DNA of 64,000 nt from Terriglobales bacterium (GCA_036489565.1 DASXFN010000020.1:392-64391), one strand, 5' to 3'; positions 20,127 through 30,003 are shown, counted from the stretch's first letter. Made by a program: numbers and translations. Notes: generated by a model not told the origin, from the sequence alone.

Positions 20127-20801
20127 TTATCGCGCGGTGACCAGCGAATGCGTAATGGCATGAACGGAAAGCGCGATGCGGTTTTGCACGCCGACCTTTC
20201 GCATCAGTTTGGCGACGTGCGCCTTTACGGTGCGCTCTTCAATGCCGAGCACGCTGCCAATCTCTTTATTGGAGCGGCCCACAACCAGCATTTCCAAAAC
20301 TTCTTTTTCGCGGTCGGTGAAAGTGACGCGGCCGGCGGGGAAGATTCGTCCCGGCGCGGAGGTCACGCGTTCAATAAAAGTAGAAAGCACGTGTCGAGGA
20401 GCCCAAACTGAGCCTTGATTGACAATGCGGATAGCCTGCACAAATTCCTGCGGCGAGGCTGCCTCGTCCACATAGCCTTTGGCCCCGGCGGCGATTGCCT
20501 TCAAAATGGTTTCTTCGTCCACGCCGGAACCTGTCACAATAATTCGCAGGTCGGGACGCGAGGCCTTCAGGCTGGCCATAAGGTCGAACAGATTTTGTCC
20601 CGCGCGATTACCGAGCAGGATAAGGTCGGTATTCTGCAAGGTGCTGATGTCCGCCATGGTAGCGGAGATCAATTCAAAATCCGACTCCGTATCAAACAAC
20701 GCCCGGAAGCCAACGAAGCGCAGCGGATCGCTTTCCACCACGGCAATACGGATTGGCTCTTTCTTAGACGGAGCGGCTTTCATCGCAGTTGCAGCCTTCA
20801 T
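20127..20801 (-). CDS. Response regulator, NarL/LuxR family (REC + HTH_LuxR)
   Basis: REC domain (IRIAVVESDP...DLILL) and C-terminal LuxR HTH (FTDREKEVLEMLVVGRSNKEIGSVLGIEERTVKAHV). No kinase gene adjacent. Confidence 0.9.
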   Translation of the reverse strand: MKAATAMKAAPSKKEPIRIAVVESDPLRFVGFRALFDTESDFELISATMADISTLQNTDLILLGNRAGQNLFDLMASLKASRPDLRIIVTGSGVDEETILKAIAAGAKGYVDEAASPQEFVQAIRIVNQGSVWAPRHVLSTFIERVTSAPGRIFPAGRVTFTDREKEVLEMLVVGRSNKEIGSVLGIEERTVKAHVAKLMRKVGVQNRIALSVHAITHSLVTAR

Positions 20802-20897
20802 ATGCTCTCCTGCACAGGGAAACTCGATCTAGAATAACCAGAACATCCCCGCGAGGGAAGAATCGGTAATACATTGGGATTACGGCGGTAACATGGG

Positions 20898-21365
20898 TTG
20901 CATCCAAATAAACCGAGGTTTAAACGCGTGAAACTCAGATTCCGAACGGTTTTTCAGGGTTGTGTCCTGCTATTGGCGGGTGTGGTTATGGCTGCGGCGC
21001 AAACGGCGGGGACGCCCTATCAGCCGAAGTTCCCCGGCGATCCCGCCCATTCCGACTCCGAGGCCCTGGCCTTGGGCTATATGCGCACCGTGCTGCGGGC
21101 CCAGAGACAGTATGAGAAGAAAAACGGGCACTATGCCACCTCCTTGATGAACCTTGTTCATACCGGCTCCTTCACCCGGCGGATGGTCGATCCTAATCGC
21201 GGCGACTATACGGCCTCATTCCGCTCGCACAAAGAGGGATTCGAACTGACCATGACCCCCACCCAGGTGGACGCCAACCATCGTTCGTTCTATGCCGACG
21301 AGGACGGTAAGATTCACGCAAACGACCAAGGCGCTGCTGACGAGCATTCGCCGGAGGTAAAATAG
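20898..21365 (+). CDS. Secreted hypothetical protein (pilin-core-like helix)
   Basis: Signal-like N-terminus. ALALGYMRTVLRAQRQYEKKNGHYATSLMNL resembles the alpha1-C region of type IV pilin-like proteins but lacks a prepilin leader. Confidence 0.5.
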   Translation: MHPNKPRFKRVKLRFRTVFQGCVLLLAGVVMAAAQTAGTPYQPKFPGDPAHSDSEALALGYMRTVLRAQRQYEKKNGHYATSLMNLVHTGSFTRRMVDPNRGDYTASFRSHKEGFELTMTPTQVDANHRSFYADEDGKIHANDQGAADEHSPEVK

Positions 21366-21425
21366 AAGCAATAAATCAATGGCGCGACTTAGCTCGGCGG
21401 ATGTTCGCTTTCCATAAGCTGATTG

Positions 21426-22142
21426 TTAAGTTCCCTGGCCCGCTTTCACTTCAACCGCTTTCCCGCTGCTATAGGTCACCGAGACCGGCTTGCCTCCATT
21501 GGCGTAGTACATCGTTCCATTGTCAGCGTCTCCGGAACCTTCGGAGCTTCCCATTCCCAACGCAAATGACACTTGCAGTTCGTTCATTCCGGGCTTGGCT
21601 TCATGCTTATCAATCGCAGCCCACACGTCCGTGAGCCAATCTTTGTAGAGTTCATGCGGATCTTGAATAAAGAGCATGTCGTTGGAATAGAAACGGTAGT
21701 CGCCGTGTTTGACCGCGCCGATGGGAAATGAATACGTCCGCCCATCCTGTTGAAAAAGGGCCATGATCTGATGCTCGTCGGGATGTCCGGGCGAAGCGTC
21801 GAGCACCACTTTCTTGACGTCGATTTTCTGGATTGGCCCCAGCGTGCCCTTCATGTGCGAAAAATCTGATCGTCGCAGCACATCGCTGTAAGGATAAAAC
21901 GCGATGCTGTAGCCCAGCTTCACCCATACCGGTTGCTTGGCGAGTTGTTGCGCGGACTTCAAATCGTAGGGATAAAGTTTTTTAGGAACGACGTAATAGT
22001 CAGGATTGAGAGGCGGCGCCTGCTTCTGCACCTGCTCCGACTCAGCTTTTCTTTCATGCAGAATGTATGCGGTACGAGCGGCGGCCACCGCGATGGCAAT
22101 GGCCAGAAAAATCTGAATTTTCTTTCGGGCGTCGGCTTCCAT
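21426..22142 (-). CDS. Membrane-anchored hypothetical protein
   Basis: One N-terminal TM (IQIFLAIAIAVAAARTAYIL), about 238 aa, no motif recognised. Confidence 0.55.
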   Translation of the reverse strand: MEADARKKIQIFLAIAIAVAAARTAYILHERKAESEQVQKQAPPLNPDYYVVPKKLYPYDLKSAQQLAKQPVWVKLGYSIAFYPYSDVLRRSDFSHMKGTLGPIQKIDVKKVVLDASPGHPDEHQIMALFQQDGRTYSFPIGAVKHGDYRFYSNDMLFIQDPHELYKDWLTDVWAAIDKHEAKPGMNELQVSFALGMGSSEGSGDADNGTMYYANGGKPVSVTYSSGKAVEVKAGQGT

Positions 22143-22314
22143 GGTTCCGTTCCTTGATCGCTTATGACTGCGCAAGCGCGGACTATATTACCGTGCTCAA
22201 CCTACGGAATGAACCGTTTAGAAATGAAAGTTTTGAGATCCAGCTGGAAGACTTTGGCGTGTGCAGTAGGGAACTAGTCGAAAGGTAGCCGTCGGCCAAG
22301 CCGGATACGCTCGT

Positions 22315-22632
22315 TCATCCCGCCAGAAAACGATACCAAGAGGACGCTGAAGTTTCTTTCATGTCGGATATCCGCTCGCCCACTCTGGAGGCTACGTCAA
22401 GGAGTGTGGCTCCCTGGTCCACATATTCGTGGAAGTTGTTGCGGATATCGCGAAACTTCTCGGGATATTCCGAAGCCAGAGTGGCCAGCCCGATGCCTGC
22501 GCAGACCAGTCCTGCGGGCCGTTTCCCGCGCAACAAAAGCAATGCGCCAACACCGACACTCCCCGCGATCAAGGCATGCTTCCAGTTCTCCATGTCTTTT
22601 TTCTCCTGTGGGCTTTTTGCTGGCCCAGGCAC
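22315..22632 (-). CDS. Small membrane protein, hypothetical
   Basis: 105 aa with two short hydrophobic segments (ALIAGSVGVGALLLL, LVCAGIGLATLA). Confidence 0.5.
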   Translation of the reverse strand: MPGPAKSPQEKKDMENWKHALIAGSVGVGALLLLRGKRPAGLVCAGIGLATLASEYPEKFRDIRNNFHEYVDQGATLLDVASRVGERISDMKETSASSWYRFLAG

Positions 22633-22767
22633 AAATTATTGCCCGCTAAATCATGCGGCAAACACTAAGATGCTGAAAGTCTTCCCTGAGATTTACATCC
22701 TGAACGCAACTAACACCCGCGAAATGTTTTATTCTGAGACCCGTCCTAATAATCTTGAAGGAGTTCC

Positions 22768-22938
22768 ATGAGCAAAACGCCTGAGTCCAGCCCGCAGCAG
22801 AAAACGCCGGCCGTTTTTTACTGCCCCACCTGCGCCGCGGAGGTTTCCGATCCCCTGACCTGCGGGGATTGCTCTGCTGTCATTTGCCGGCGGTGTGGCA
22901 TGCCCCTGGAGTCCGCCGACGAACTAGGAATGGGCTGA
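22768..22938 (+). CDS. 56-aa zinc-ribbon protein (below the ORF-track cutoff)
   Basis: ATG 22768 preceded by GAAGGAG. Sequence MSKTPESSPQQKTPAVFYCPTCAAEVSDPLTCGDCSAVICRRCGMPLESADELGMG has three CxxC pairs. Confidence 0.5.
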   Translation: MSKTPESSPQQKTPAVFYCPTCAAEVSDPLTCGDCSAVICRRCGMPLESADELGMG

Positions 22939-23067
22939 ACCGGCCCCAGGTATTCACGCTTGCGGTCTGCCCGTGCTCTCTGCAAAAGGTTACTTTGGTT
23001 TCCTCTCATTCGTGGAAGGGCGTGTCCTCTTTGGGCCAAAGTCATACTCTTGTAGTATTACCGTCAC

Positions 23068-23937
23068 ATGAACACGGGTTCCGTGAAGAATACCGCCATC
23101 CTGTTAGTGACTTGCCCGGATCGTAAGGGTCTGGTGGCTGCCATTGCCGACTTTGTTCTGCAGCACAACGGCAATATTCTGCATGCGGACGAGCATGGGG
23201 ATCCGGAATCGCGTTTATTTCTGATGCGAGTGGAGTTTGACCCGTCGGAGTTTGATATTGATCTGTCTGAGTTTGCCCGCCATTTTTCCCCAATTGCGGA
23301 CAAACTTGGCATGAATTGGAGACTGGCGCAGTCCAACTACCGGCCGAAAATGACGATCCTGGTTTCAAAATACGATCATTGCCTGGTGGACTTGCTTTAC
23401 CGGCATAAGAGCGGAGAGTTGCGGTGCGATATTCCACTGATCATTTCCAACCATCCGGATACCAAACCGATCGCCGATTTTTACCAGATACCATTCTTTT
23501 TCGTTCCCGTACCCGACGATGACAAGCAAGGGGCCGAACAGAAAATTCTGGCCCTGCTCAAACAGAACAACATTGATTTCGTGGTCCTGGCGCGCTACAT
23601 GCAAATTCTTTCCGATCAATTCGTGGCCCAGTATCCGAGTCGCGTGATTAATATTCATCACTCGTTTTTACCTGCGTTTGTGGGCGCAAAGCCCTATCAC
23701 CAGGCATCTGCGCGAGGCGTGAAGTTGATTGGCGCTACCAGCCACTATGTCACCGAGGTCCTGGACGACGGCCCCATCATCGAGCAGGATGTAGTGCGAA
23801 TTTCCCACCGCGACACGGTGGACGATCTGGTGCAAAAAGGCCGCGACCTGGAAAAAGTAGTGCTTTCGCGCGCCGTGCGCTGGCACGTTGAAAACCGAAT
23901 TTTGTTGTATGGAAAAAGAACGGTTGTGTTCGACTAA
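23068..23937 (+). CDS. purU: Formyltetrahydrofolate deformylase
   Basis: N-terminal ACT domain (ILLVTCPDRKGLVAAIADFV) plus formyltransferase core (INIHHSFLPAFVGAKPYHQA). Confidence 0.95.
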   Translation: MNTGSVKNTAILLVTCPDRKGLVAAIADFVLQHNGNILHADEHGDPESRLFLMRVEFDPSEFDIDLSEFARHFSPIADKLGMNWRLAQSNYRPKMTILVSKYDHCLVDLLYRHKSGELRCDIPLIISNHPDTKPIADFYQIPFFFVPVPDDDKQGAEQKILALLKQNNIDFVVLARYMQILSDQFVAQYPSRVINIHHSFLPAFVGAKPYHQASARGVKLIGATSHYVTEVLDDGPIIEQDVVRISHRDTVDDLVQKGRDLEKVVLSRAVRWHVENRILLYGKRTVVFD

Positions 23938-24124
23938 ATGCTGCGTCAATCCAATGCGAATGACGTTCCTAAAGGCGGCGGATTTGCCTTCGAAGAACGC
24001 TTGCGATGTTGGTACATGACCCGACGAGAGGCTTGTGCGCGGCACAACATTAGGTTTTACTTAGATTTGCGGCTTCCCGTCCCAATGCACGCTGGGCGGA
24101 AAGTTACGCTTGAGGGGTTAATGC

Positions 24125-25639
24125 GTGGGTGAGGATCCGAAGTGGGAACTCGCCATTCTAGCGACTGTACAGGGCTTCTATGAAAAGCTCCTGCAGGAAT
24201 CGGTAGAAGGCGAAGTTCCAATTCCATCAGGGCTGGAAACTGTCTCGCTGCAAAGCGACGACACGGACGTCAACCAGACCCTGACCAAAATGCGTCGCTG
24301 GTTGCGCCTGCTTGATATGGCGATTACCCCCGCCATGTTGCGCCGCGCCCTCACGCTTGATACCGATCCCGAAATCGCCGAAGCGCTGCTGCGATATTTC
24401 TCGCGTCGTAAGGAACTGGGTGCCGTAAACCGCGACAAAACCGATCTGGTGGCCACCTTTCTCTACACGCATCCTCGCGTTCCCGGGCAATGGGAGCGGA
24501 GAGGCTATGGACTGGACGGCTCCCTGCCTTTGTCCCCCTTTGAAATCGCGCTGCTGGAAATCCTCGCCGATTCCGAAGCGCCATCGCTTCCGGAAGACCA
24601 TCTGCAACTGCTGCGCAGGTTCGACCCGCTGTGTGAAGAAGCCGAGACTTTTCGCGACTTGAACACGCTGATGGAATCGGGAATCATTTCCCGGGTGCGC
24701 GATCTCAAGCAGGCTTTTGAGCTTTCGTTTTACCATCCCGGCGTGCTGGCCACGATTGCGCCCTACAACGCGGCCTTCGGAAAGAAGTTCGATGAACTTT
24801 TCCGCAAGGCGGCCACGGAAATTAAGAACTTCGCCGAAGCCTTGCAGGAGCAGGGCGGAAGCATCCTGGGCAATGTGGACGGCATTGACGTGACCGTCGA
24901 ACACGTTGCCAGCTTGAAAGAAAACGAATTGCTGAAGATTGACTACGGCCAGGCGCTCGACAAATTCACTCGCGTGTCCCGGCTGAAGAAGGCCCTGGAG
25001 CGCAGGCCGCCTATTCGCCGCGTCGCGCGTCCTACACCCGCCCCGGTGCCGGTCAAGCCCCGCCCCGTGGCGCCTAGAACGCTTACGTGGGAGCCGCCCG
25101 CGGTGGACGTGCCCGCCATGCGCGCCAATGTGACGCCACAGCAGGTTTCCGGCGAAGAAACCAAGCTGCTTAAAATTGAGGAATCCATCCGGATTTTTGT
25201 GCGCGTGGCCGATCCAAAATTCCGACAGGTCGTGCCCATGCGCTTCTTCAATCTGATGCTCACCCCCGCTGAAGCCGACGCTTACTGCGCCGACTATCTC
25301 GAAGAAAAAAGCTTGCGTGCGGGAGTTTCAAGGGTGCTGCTGCGGTTGGTGGCAATTGGAGCGCGCATCAATACCGAACTGGAGGAGCTGAAGCGCTGCG
25401 GAAATTCACCTTCATTGTGGAAGATGCACTCCGATTCATTGATTGTGTTACTGGAAATCGCCCGCAGCGTGGGCGAGAGCGCGGGAAGAGTGGCCAACCT
25501 CGCCGCGCAGCAGGACCAGACCGCGCAATCGGAAGCCATCCAGTCATCGCTTAAGAGATTGCGCGATTCCAGCGACTTGGCCGCCAACACGCTTTCCCGC
25601 TCCCTCGAACAGAAAACCGTGGCCACCGGCGCAATCTAA
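24125..25639 (+). CDS. Large hypothetical protein with central Pro-rich linker
   Basis: 504 aa, alpha-helical-looking halves joined by RPPIRRVARPTPAPVPVKPRPVAPR. No motif recognised. Start uncertain (non-ATG in track). Confidence 0.55.
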   Translation: MGEDPKWELAILATVQGFYEKLLQESVEGEVPIPSGLETVSLQSDDTDVNQTLTKMRRWLRLLDMAITPAMLRRALTLDTDPEIAEALLRYFSRRKELGAVNRDKTDLVATFLYTHPRVPGQWERRGYGLDGSLPLSPFEIALLEILADSEAPSLPEDHLQLLRRFDPLCEEAETFRDLNTLMESGIISRVRDLKQAFELSFYHPGVLATIAPYNAAFGKKFDELFRKAATEIKNFAEALQEQGGSILGNVDGIDVTVEHVASLKENELLKIDYGQALDKFTRVSRLKKALERRPPIRRVARPTPAPVPVKPRPVAPRTLTWEPPAVDVPAMRANVTPQQVSGEETKLLKIEESIRIFVRVADPKFRQVVPMRFFNLMLTPAEADAYCADYLEEKSLRAGVSRVLLRLVAIGARINTELEELKRCGNSPSLWKMHSDSLIVLLEIARSVGESAGRVANLAAQQDQTAQSEAIQSSLKRLRDSSDLAANTLSRSLEQKTVATGAI

Positions 25640-25669
25640 AACGAACCCGTCATTCCCCGCCGTGTAACT

Positions 25670-26659
25670 CTAACCTCCAATATGGACCATGGTTCGGGAC
25701 GCGGGTACGAAGTCCGCTTCGCCAATGTGGTGGCGTTCTTCTTTTTTTTGGATCACGTCGCAAATGAAACTCGACAGCTCCAGGTCGGATGCGCCCCTTG
25801 CCATCAATTCATGCAGGTCGTGGTCCCACACGGAAAACAAGCAGGTACGAATTTTTCCATCGGAGGTAATGCGGATGCGGCTGCAATGGCCGCAAAACGG
25901 ATGCGAGACGGGCGCGATAATTCCAATCTCGCCAATGCCGTCGTCAAAGCGATAGCGCCGTGCCGTTTCGCTGCGCTCATGGGGAATTTCCACCAAAGCC
26001 CGGTACTCACTCATGCGAGCGATAATTTCTTCTAACCTCACGACAGTATCGGGGGCCCAGACGCGGTCTTCTTCCAGGGGCATGAACTCAATAAAGCGGA
26101 GAACCACGCCTTCTTCCCGGGCAAACATGCCAAAGGGAATAATTTGGTCTTCGTTGAATCCGCGCATTAGAACGCAATTCACTTTGAGTGGCCACAATCC
26201 CGCACGGCGCGCGGCGCGAACTCCCGCTAACACCTTGTCGTAACCGCCGGGCACTCGCGTAATGCGGGAGAAGCGGTCGGGATCCACGGCGTCCATGCTG
26301 ACGGTGACGCGCTGCAGGCCTGCATCTTTGAGCGGCTGCGCCATTTCTGCCAGAAGATGACCGTTCGTAGTCAGAGCGAGATCCAGGGGATTGCCATCCA
26401 CATTCCGCAACTGCGCCAACTCATGGACGAACTCGATTAACCCTTTGCGCAGCAGCGGTTCGCCGCCGGTAATGCGGATCTTGCGGATTCCCATCGCGGT
26501 CAAGATGCGCGCCATTCGCAGATAGTCAGAGAAGGGAAGATCGCCATACAGCGCGCCTTCGTTTCCCGTGCGGCAATAGACGCACTTGTAGTTGCAGCGG
26601 TCGGTGACGGAAATCCGCAGATCGGTGATGGCGCGGCCGAATTTGTCGGTAAGAAGCAT
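25670..26659 (-). CDS. moaA: GTP 3',8-cyclase (molybdenum cofactor biosynthesis protein A)
   Basis: Radical SAM CNYKCVYC cluster motif, C-terminal CxxCxxxR-type motif (FCGHCSRIRITSDGKIRTCLF). ATG 26659 gives MLLTDKFGRAITDLRISVTDRC. Confidence 0.93.
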   Translation of the reverse strand: MLLTDKFGRAITDLRISVTDRCNYKCVYCRTGNEGALYGDLPFSDYLRMARILTAMGIRKIRITGGEPLLRKGLIEFVHELAQLRNVDGNPLDLALTTNGHLLAEMAQPLKDAGLQRVTVSMDAVDPDRFSRITRVPGGYDKVLAGVRAARRAGLWPLKVNCVLMRGFNEDQIIPFGMFAREEGVVLRFIEFMPLEEDRVWAPDTVVRLEEIIARMSEYRALVEIPHERSETARRYRFDDGIGEIGIIAPVSHPFCGHCSRIRITSDGKIRTCLFSVWDHDLHELMARGASDLELSSFICDVIQKKEERHHIGEADFVPASRTMVHIGG

Positions 26660-27063
26660 ACGGCAGTTGGGTTTAGCACTTGGGATTCGGCTTATTGCGG
26701 AGTTGGCCAAATGCCAACAGCCCAATGCCAAATGCAAGAACTCATTATAGAAGGGACGAGATCAAGATACGCGGTGAGTATCAGCGCTTGCGGAAGCGGA
26801 AGAAGGCGCGGATATGGCGTTCTTCGGTGGCCACGGCCAGATCGAGCAAAGCAAAAGCGAGTACAACGCCCGCAACGGAAACGACTACTACTCCCATACT
26901 GACTCCAAATCGTGCAGATCAACCAAAGTTAACGCTGTTTTATCGCCTGTTCAAGATCACTAAGGTACTGAGTGAATACCTCTTCAGAGGCGCTTGCGGC
27001 GGGCAAATGCCCTTATTCCCCGGCTAAGCGCAGGGTCCCTGCCTCTGCTAAAGTGTTCTCGCC

Positions 27064-28116
27064 ATGAAACCGATTCGCAGCTTTGCCAGTGACAACAATG
27101 CCAGCGTCCATCCGGAAATTCTCAAGGCCATGACCGCCGCAAATCATGGTCATGCCGTCGGCTACGGAGATGATCCCTGCACGGAAGCGGCGCTGGCCAG
27201 GTTTCGCGAGCATTTCGGCGATGACGCCAAGGTGTTCGTCGTCTTCAACGGCACGGCGGCAAATTGCCTGGGCCTGCAAGCCCTCACTCATTCGTACGAT
27301 GCGGTCATCTGCGCGGAAGGCGCCCATATTTATGTGGACGAATGCGGCGCTCCGGAGCGGCTTACCGGATGCAAGCTCATTCCGATTCCTGCGCCCGAAG
27401 GCAAGTTAACGGTGGAAGCCGTAAGCCGTGTCTATCACGGAATCGGCGACCAGCACCACGTGCAGCCGCGCGTGATTTCCATTACCCAGGCCACCGAAGT
27501 AGGAACGGTTTACCAGCCGGAGGAGGTCAGGGCGCTTGCCCGCTTCGCCCACGAACGGAAAATGTTCCTGCACATGGACGGAGCGCGCATTGCCAATGCC
27601 GCGGTGAGTTCCGGACTGACGCTTCGCCAGGCCACGCGCGACCTGGGCGTGGATGTACTCTCCTTTGGCGGAACCAAGAACGGGGCCATGGGTGCCGAAG
27701 CGGTGGTCTTTTTTGATCAGAAGCTCGAATATGGGGAAGATGCGGCCCGCGACTTCCGCTTCCTCCGTAAACAAGGGATGCAGCTCTCTTCAAAAATGCG
27801 CTTCCTCTCGGCCCAATTGAGCGCTCTGCTGACCGATGATTTGTGGCGAAGAAATGCCCAGCACTCCAATGCGATGGCCAAGTTGCTGGAACAGGAGTTG
27901 CGTAAGATTCCCGCTGTTAAAACCGTGTACCCGGTCGAAGCCAACGGCGTGTTCGCGCAGATTCCCAAAGCCGCCATCGCCCGCATCCAGGAGCGCTATT
28001 TCTTTTATGTTTGGAATGAGGAAGAATCTGTGGTGCGCTGGATGTGCTCGTTTGATACCACAGAGGAAGATGTGAAAGCCTTTACCATGTTTGTCCGCGA
28101 AGTGGTCGCAAGCTGA
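27064..28116 (+). CDS. ltaE: Low-specificity L-threonine aldolase (PLP-dependent beta-eliminating lyase family)
   Basis: 350 aa. FASDNNASVHPEI..., PLP lysine region SFGGTKNGA. Confidence 0.85.
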   Translation: MKPIRSFASDNNASVHPEILKAMTAANHGHAVGYGDDPCTEAALARFREHFGDDAKVFVVFNGTAANCLGLQALTHSYDAVICAEGAHIYVDECGAPERLTGCKLIPIPAPEGKLTVEAVSRVYHGIGDQHHVQPRVISITQATEVGTVYQPEEVRALARFAHERKMFLHMDGARIANAAVSSGLTLRQATRDLGVDVLSFGGTKNGAMGAEAVVFFDQKLEYGEDAARDFRFLRKQGMQLSSKMRFLSAQLSALLTDDLWRRNAQHSNAMAKLLEQELRKIPAVKTVYPVEANGVFAQIPKAAIARIQERYFFYVWNEEESVVRWMCSFDTTEEDVKAFTMFVREVVAS

Positions 28117-28248
28117 GGATTCATCGGCATGCGCCCGCCTGTTGCTGCGAAAGTAGCTTGATTTTTCTCCGTGGTTTTACTAAAGTGGCGCTTCCCTGGC
28201 AATCCGGACGGGAATCGTAAAATTTACTACTGACGGCGGGAGAACATC

Positions 28249-28656
28249 GTGAAAATAGCTGTAAAAGTATTCGCGGCCCTTTCTGTGGGCTTGCTCCTGC
28301 TGAACCTTCTCGGCTGTGCCGACGAACATAAGCTGCTCTCGATTGATGTCAGTCCACAAAACACCACCATCACCGGCGCGGGCTTGAATCTTCAATTCAC
28401 GGCCATCGGGCATTATGTGCATCCGCTGGAAGACAAGGACATCACCAGCACCGTGGTTTGGGCGTCTTCGACCGATCAGATTATTAGCTTTGCAACTCCC
28501 AGCCAGCCCGGATTGGCGACCTCGGGACTCGGTTGCGGAACGAACCTGCAAATTTCAGCAAGTGTATACAAGGATCCCGCTAAACCCTCGAATGGAAGCG
28601 TGATTTCCGGGATTGCTACGGTCAACGTTCAGCAGCCGGGAACCACCTGTCCTTAA
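28249..28656 (+). CDS. Lipoprotein with bacterial Ig-like (Big_2-like) domain
   Basis: Lipobox LLNLLGC. LSIDVSPQNTTITGAGLNLQFTAIG...VVWASS pattern of Big_2 domains. Confidence 0.65.
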   Translation: MKIAVKVFAALSVGLLLLNLLGCADEHKLLSIDVSPQNTTITGAGLNLQFTAIGHYVHPLEDKDITSTVVWASSTDQIISFATPSQPGLATSGLGCGTNLQISASVYKDPAKPSNGSVISGIATVNVQQPGTTCP

Positions 28657-28674
28657 AGCGCGCAACGTCAGAGA

Positions 28675-28845
28675 TCATTCCTCCGCTAGTAAATCTTTGA
28701 GCGTCTTGTGCTTCTCCGCGGCTTCCTTTTTCTTTTTCGGATTAGGGATGACCTGGCCAGCAGGAGGCGCTCCAATCCGCTCGCGCGCCAACGCCTTGAC
28801 CGCTTCGACCGCTCGGAATCTCTTTACTTTCCGTCTTTTGGGCAT
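28675..28845 (-). CDS. 56-aa highly basic protein (below the ORF-track cutoff)
   Basis: ATG 28845 preceded by AAGGAAG. Sequence MPKRRKVKRFRAVEAVKALARERIGAPPAGQVIPNPKKKKEAAEKHKTLKDLLAEE. TGA at 28675-28677. Confidence 0.4.
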   Translation of the reverse strand: MPKRRKVKRFRAVEAVKALARERIGAPPAGQVIPNPKKKKEAAEKHKTLKDLLAEE

Positions 28846-28936
28846 TCTTCCTTATCTTGCCATAGCTACAACGCTGCAAGAAGTGCAATAATTTACCAAG
28901 CCAGTGAACTACAGCCTGGCAGCGGAAGGTCAGCTT

Positions 28937-29212
28937 ATGGAAGAACGTGAATTTTTCGATGAGCGGCCGGAGAAAAAGCCGGCTTCTTTGAATTGTCCCC
29001 ATTGCCACCAATCCGCTGAATATGAAGTTACATGGCTGGTCCGCTCCAAAAAACGGCAGCTTCCCCCCCGGGCCGACGAGCGTGACCGCGCGCGTTTCGC
29101 CAAGGCACGCTCTTACATGCTGCGCAGGGACGACCTGATGGTGTGCAAGAACATGCGCTGCCGAAAGCGCTTTGATATTTCCGGGGTGCAATCGGTAGTT
29201 TTCACCGAGTAG
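28937..29212 (+). CDS. Zinc-ribbon hypothetical protein
   Basis: 91 aa from ATG 28937 (GGAAGG upstream). CPHC ... CKNMRC cysteine pairs. Confidence 0.55.
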   Translation: MEEREFFDERPEKKPASLNCPHCHQSAEYEVTWLVRSKKRQLPPRADERDRARFAKARSYMLRRDDLMVCKNMRCRKRFDISGVQSVVFTE

Positions 29213-29573
29213 TTACTCGCAGCATCCCGCTATTCCAATCGTGCGGTAATCAGTGGTAATCGGGTATCACTGCGCATGAAAAGACAGCAACCATCCTGCT
29301 GCTTCGCCCATCTGACCTTTGTAGAGGCTGACGATGTTTCCCGACACCAATTTCGAAGCAAAACCGCAGGTCACTCCCAGCGAGACGATTTTTTCCGACC
29401 CCGAGTTTTTGGAATCTCCATTTGACCGCTGGCTCCATCTCGCCGAGGTCATCATCGAGAAGCACAAAAATCCAAAAAACCCACAGCCGTCATCGGGCCA
29501 GGTTTAAATTCATTTTTAATCCCAATTCACGAAACGGTATTCAAAATAGATAAAGCCGTTTAGAATACTTCCC

Positions 29574-29816
29574 ATGATTGGAAAACAACTGCTGCGCATG
29601 GAAGAAGCTGGCATGGTGGAAAGTCAGCGCAAAGGGCTGTTCATCATGACTCTGGGCAAAGTGTTGCTCGGGTTCGACGGCATCCTATTGGCATTCGTGT
29701 ATGTAGGGATTCGCGGCGGCTCTTACATGTACGCCTGGTGGGTAGCTGGGCAGGGTTTGCTGGGCCTTACCCTGCTGGCGATCGGTTCGAGAAAGCGCGG
29801 TAGCCTTAGCGAATAG
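29574..29816 (+). CDS. Small membrane protein, hypothetical
   Basis: 80 aa with two hydrophobic helices. Confidence 0.45.
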   Translation: MIGKQLLRMEEAGMVESQRKGLFIMTLGKVLLGFDGILLAFVYVGIRGGSYMYAWWVAGQGLLGLTLLAIGSRKRGSLSE

Positions 29817-30003
29817 CTGGCCGCCCCGGGCAGCTTTGTTGGCCGCACGGTCTTTCCTTGTATTCTGTGGGTATATTCCGCGTAAATCAAAAATCGAATC
29901 TTTGGCAGCTTACGTGGCATCTTTAATTTCGTCTAAGTTTTCATTTTCCAGCAAGATATTCCTGGATGGCCTATGCCATCCAGGCGCACGCTAGTTTATT
30001 GGA

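Noticed and set aside
26660-26780. Moco riboswitch in the moaA leader
   Set aside because: The position would fit, but I could not recognise the conserved Moco motif helices or loops by eye. A covariance-model scan is needed, so no call was made.
28742-29191. 149-aa minus-strand ORF
   Set aside because: It overlaps the plus-strand zinc-ribbon gene, which has an SD and a Cys pattern. The product is His/Gly/Arg-rich and unconvincing.
29334-29507. 57-codon acidic ORF (MFPDTNFEAKPQ...) in the 29.2-29.6 kb gap, and the antisense ORFs 29250..29465 / 29267..29467
   Set aside because: The SD is weak, there are no motifs, and there are competing ORFs on both strands. This is not enough support to list any of them as a gene.
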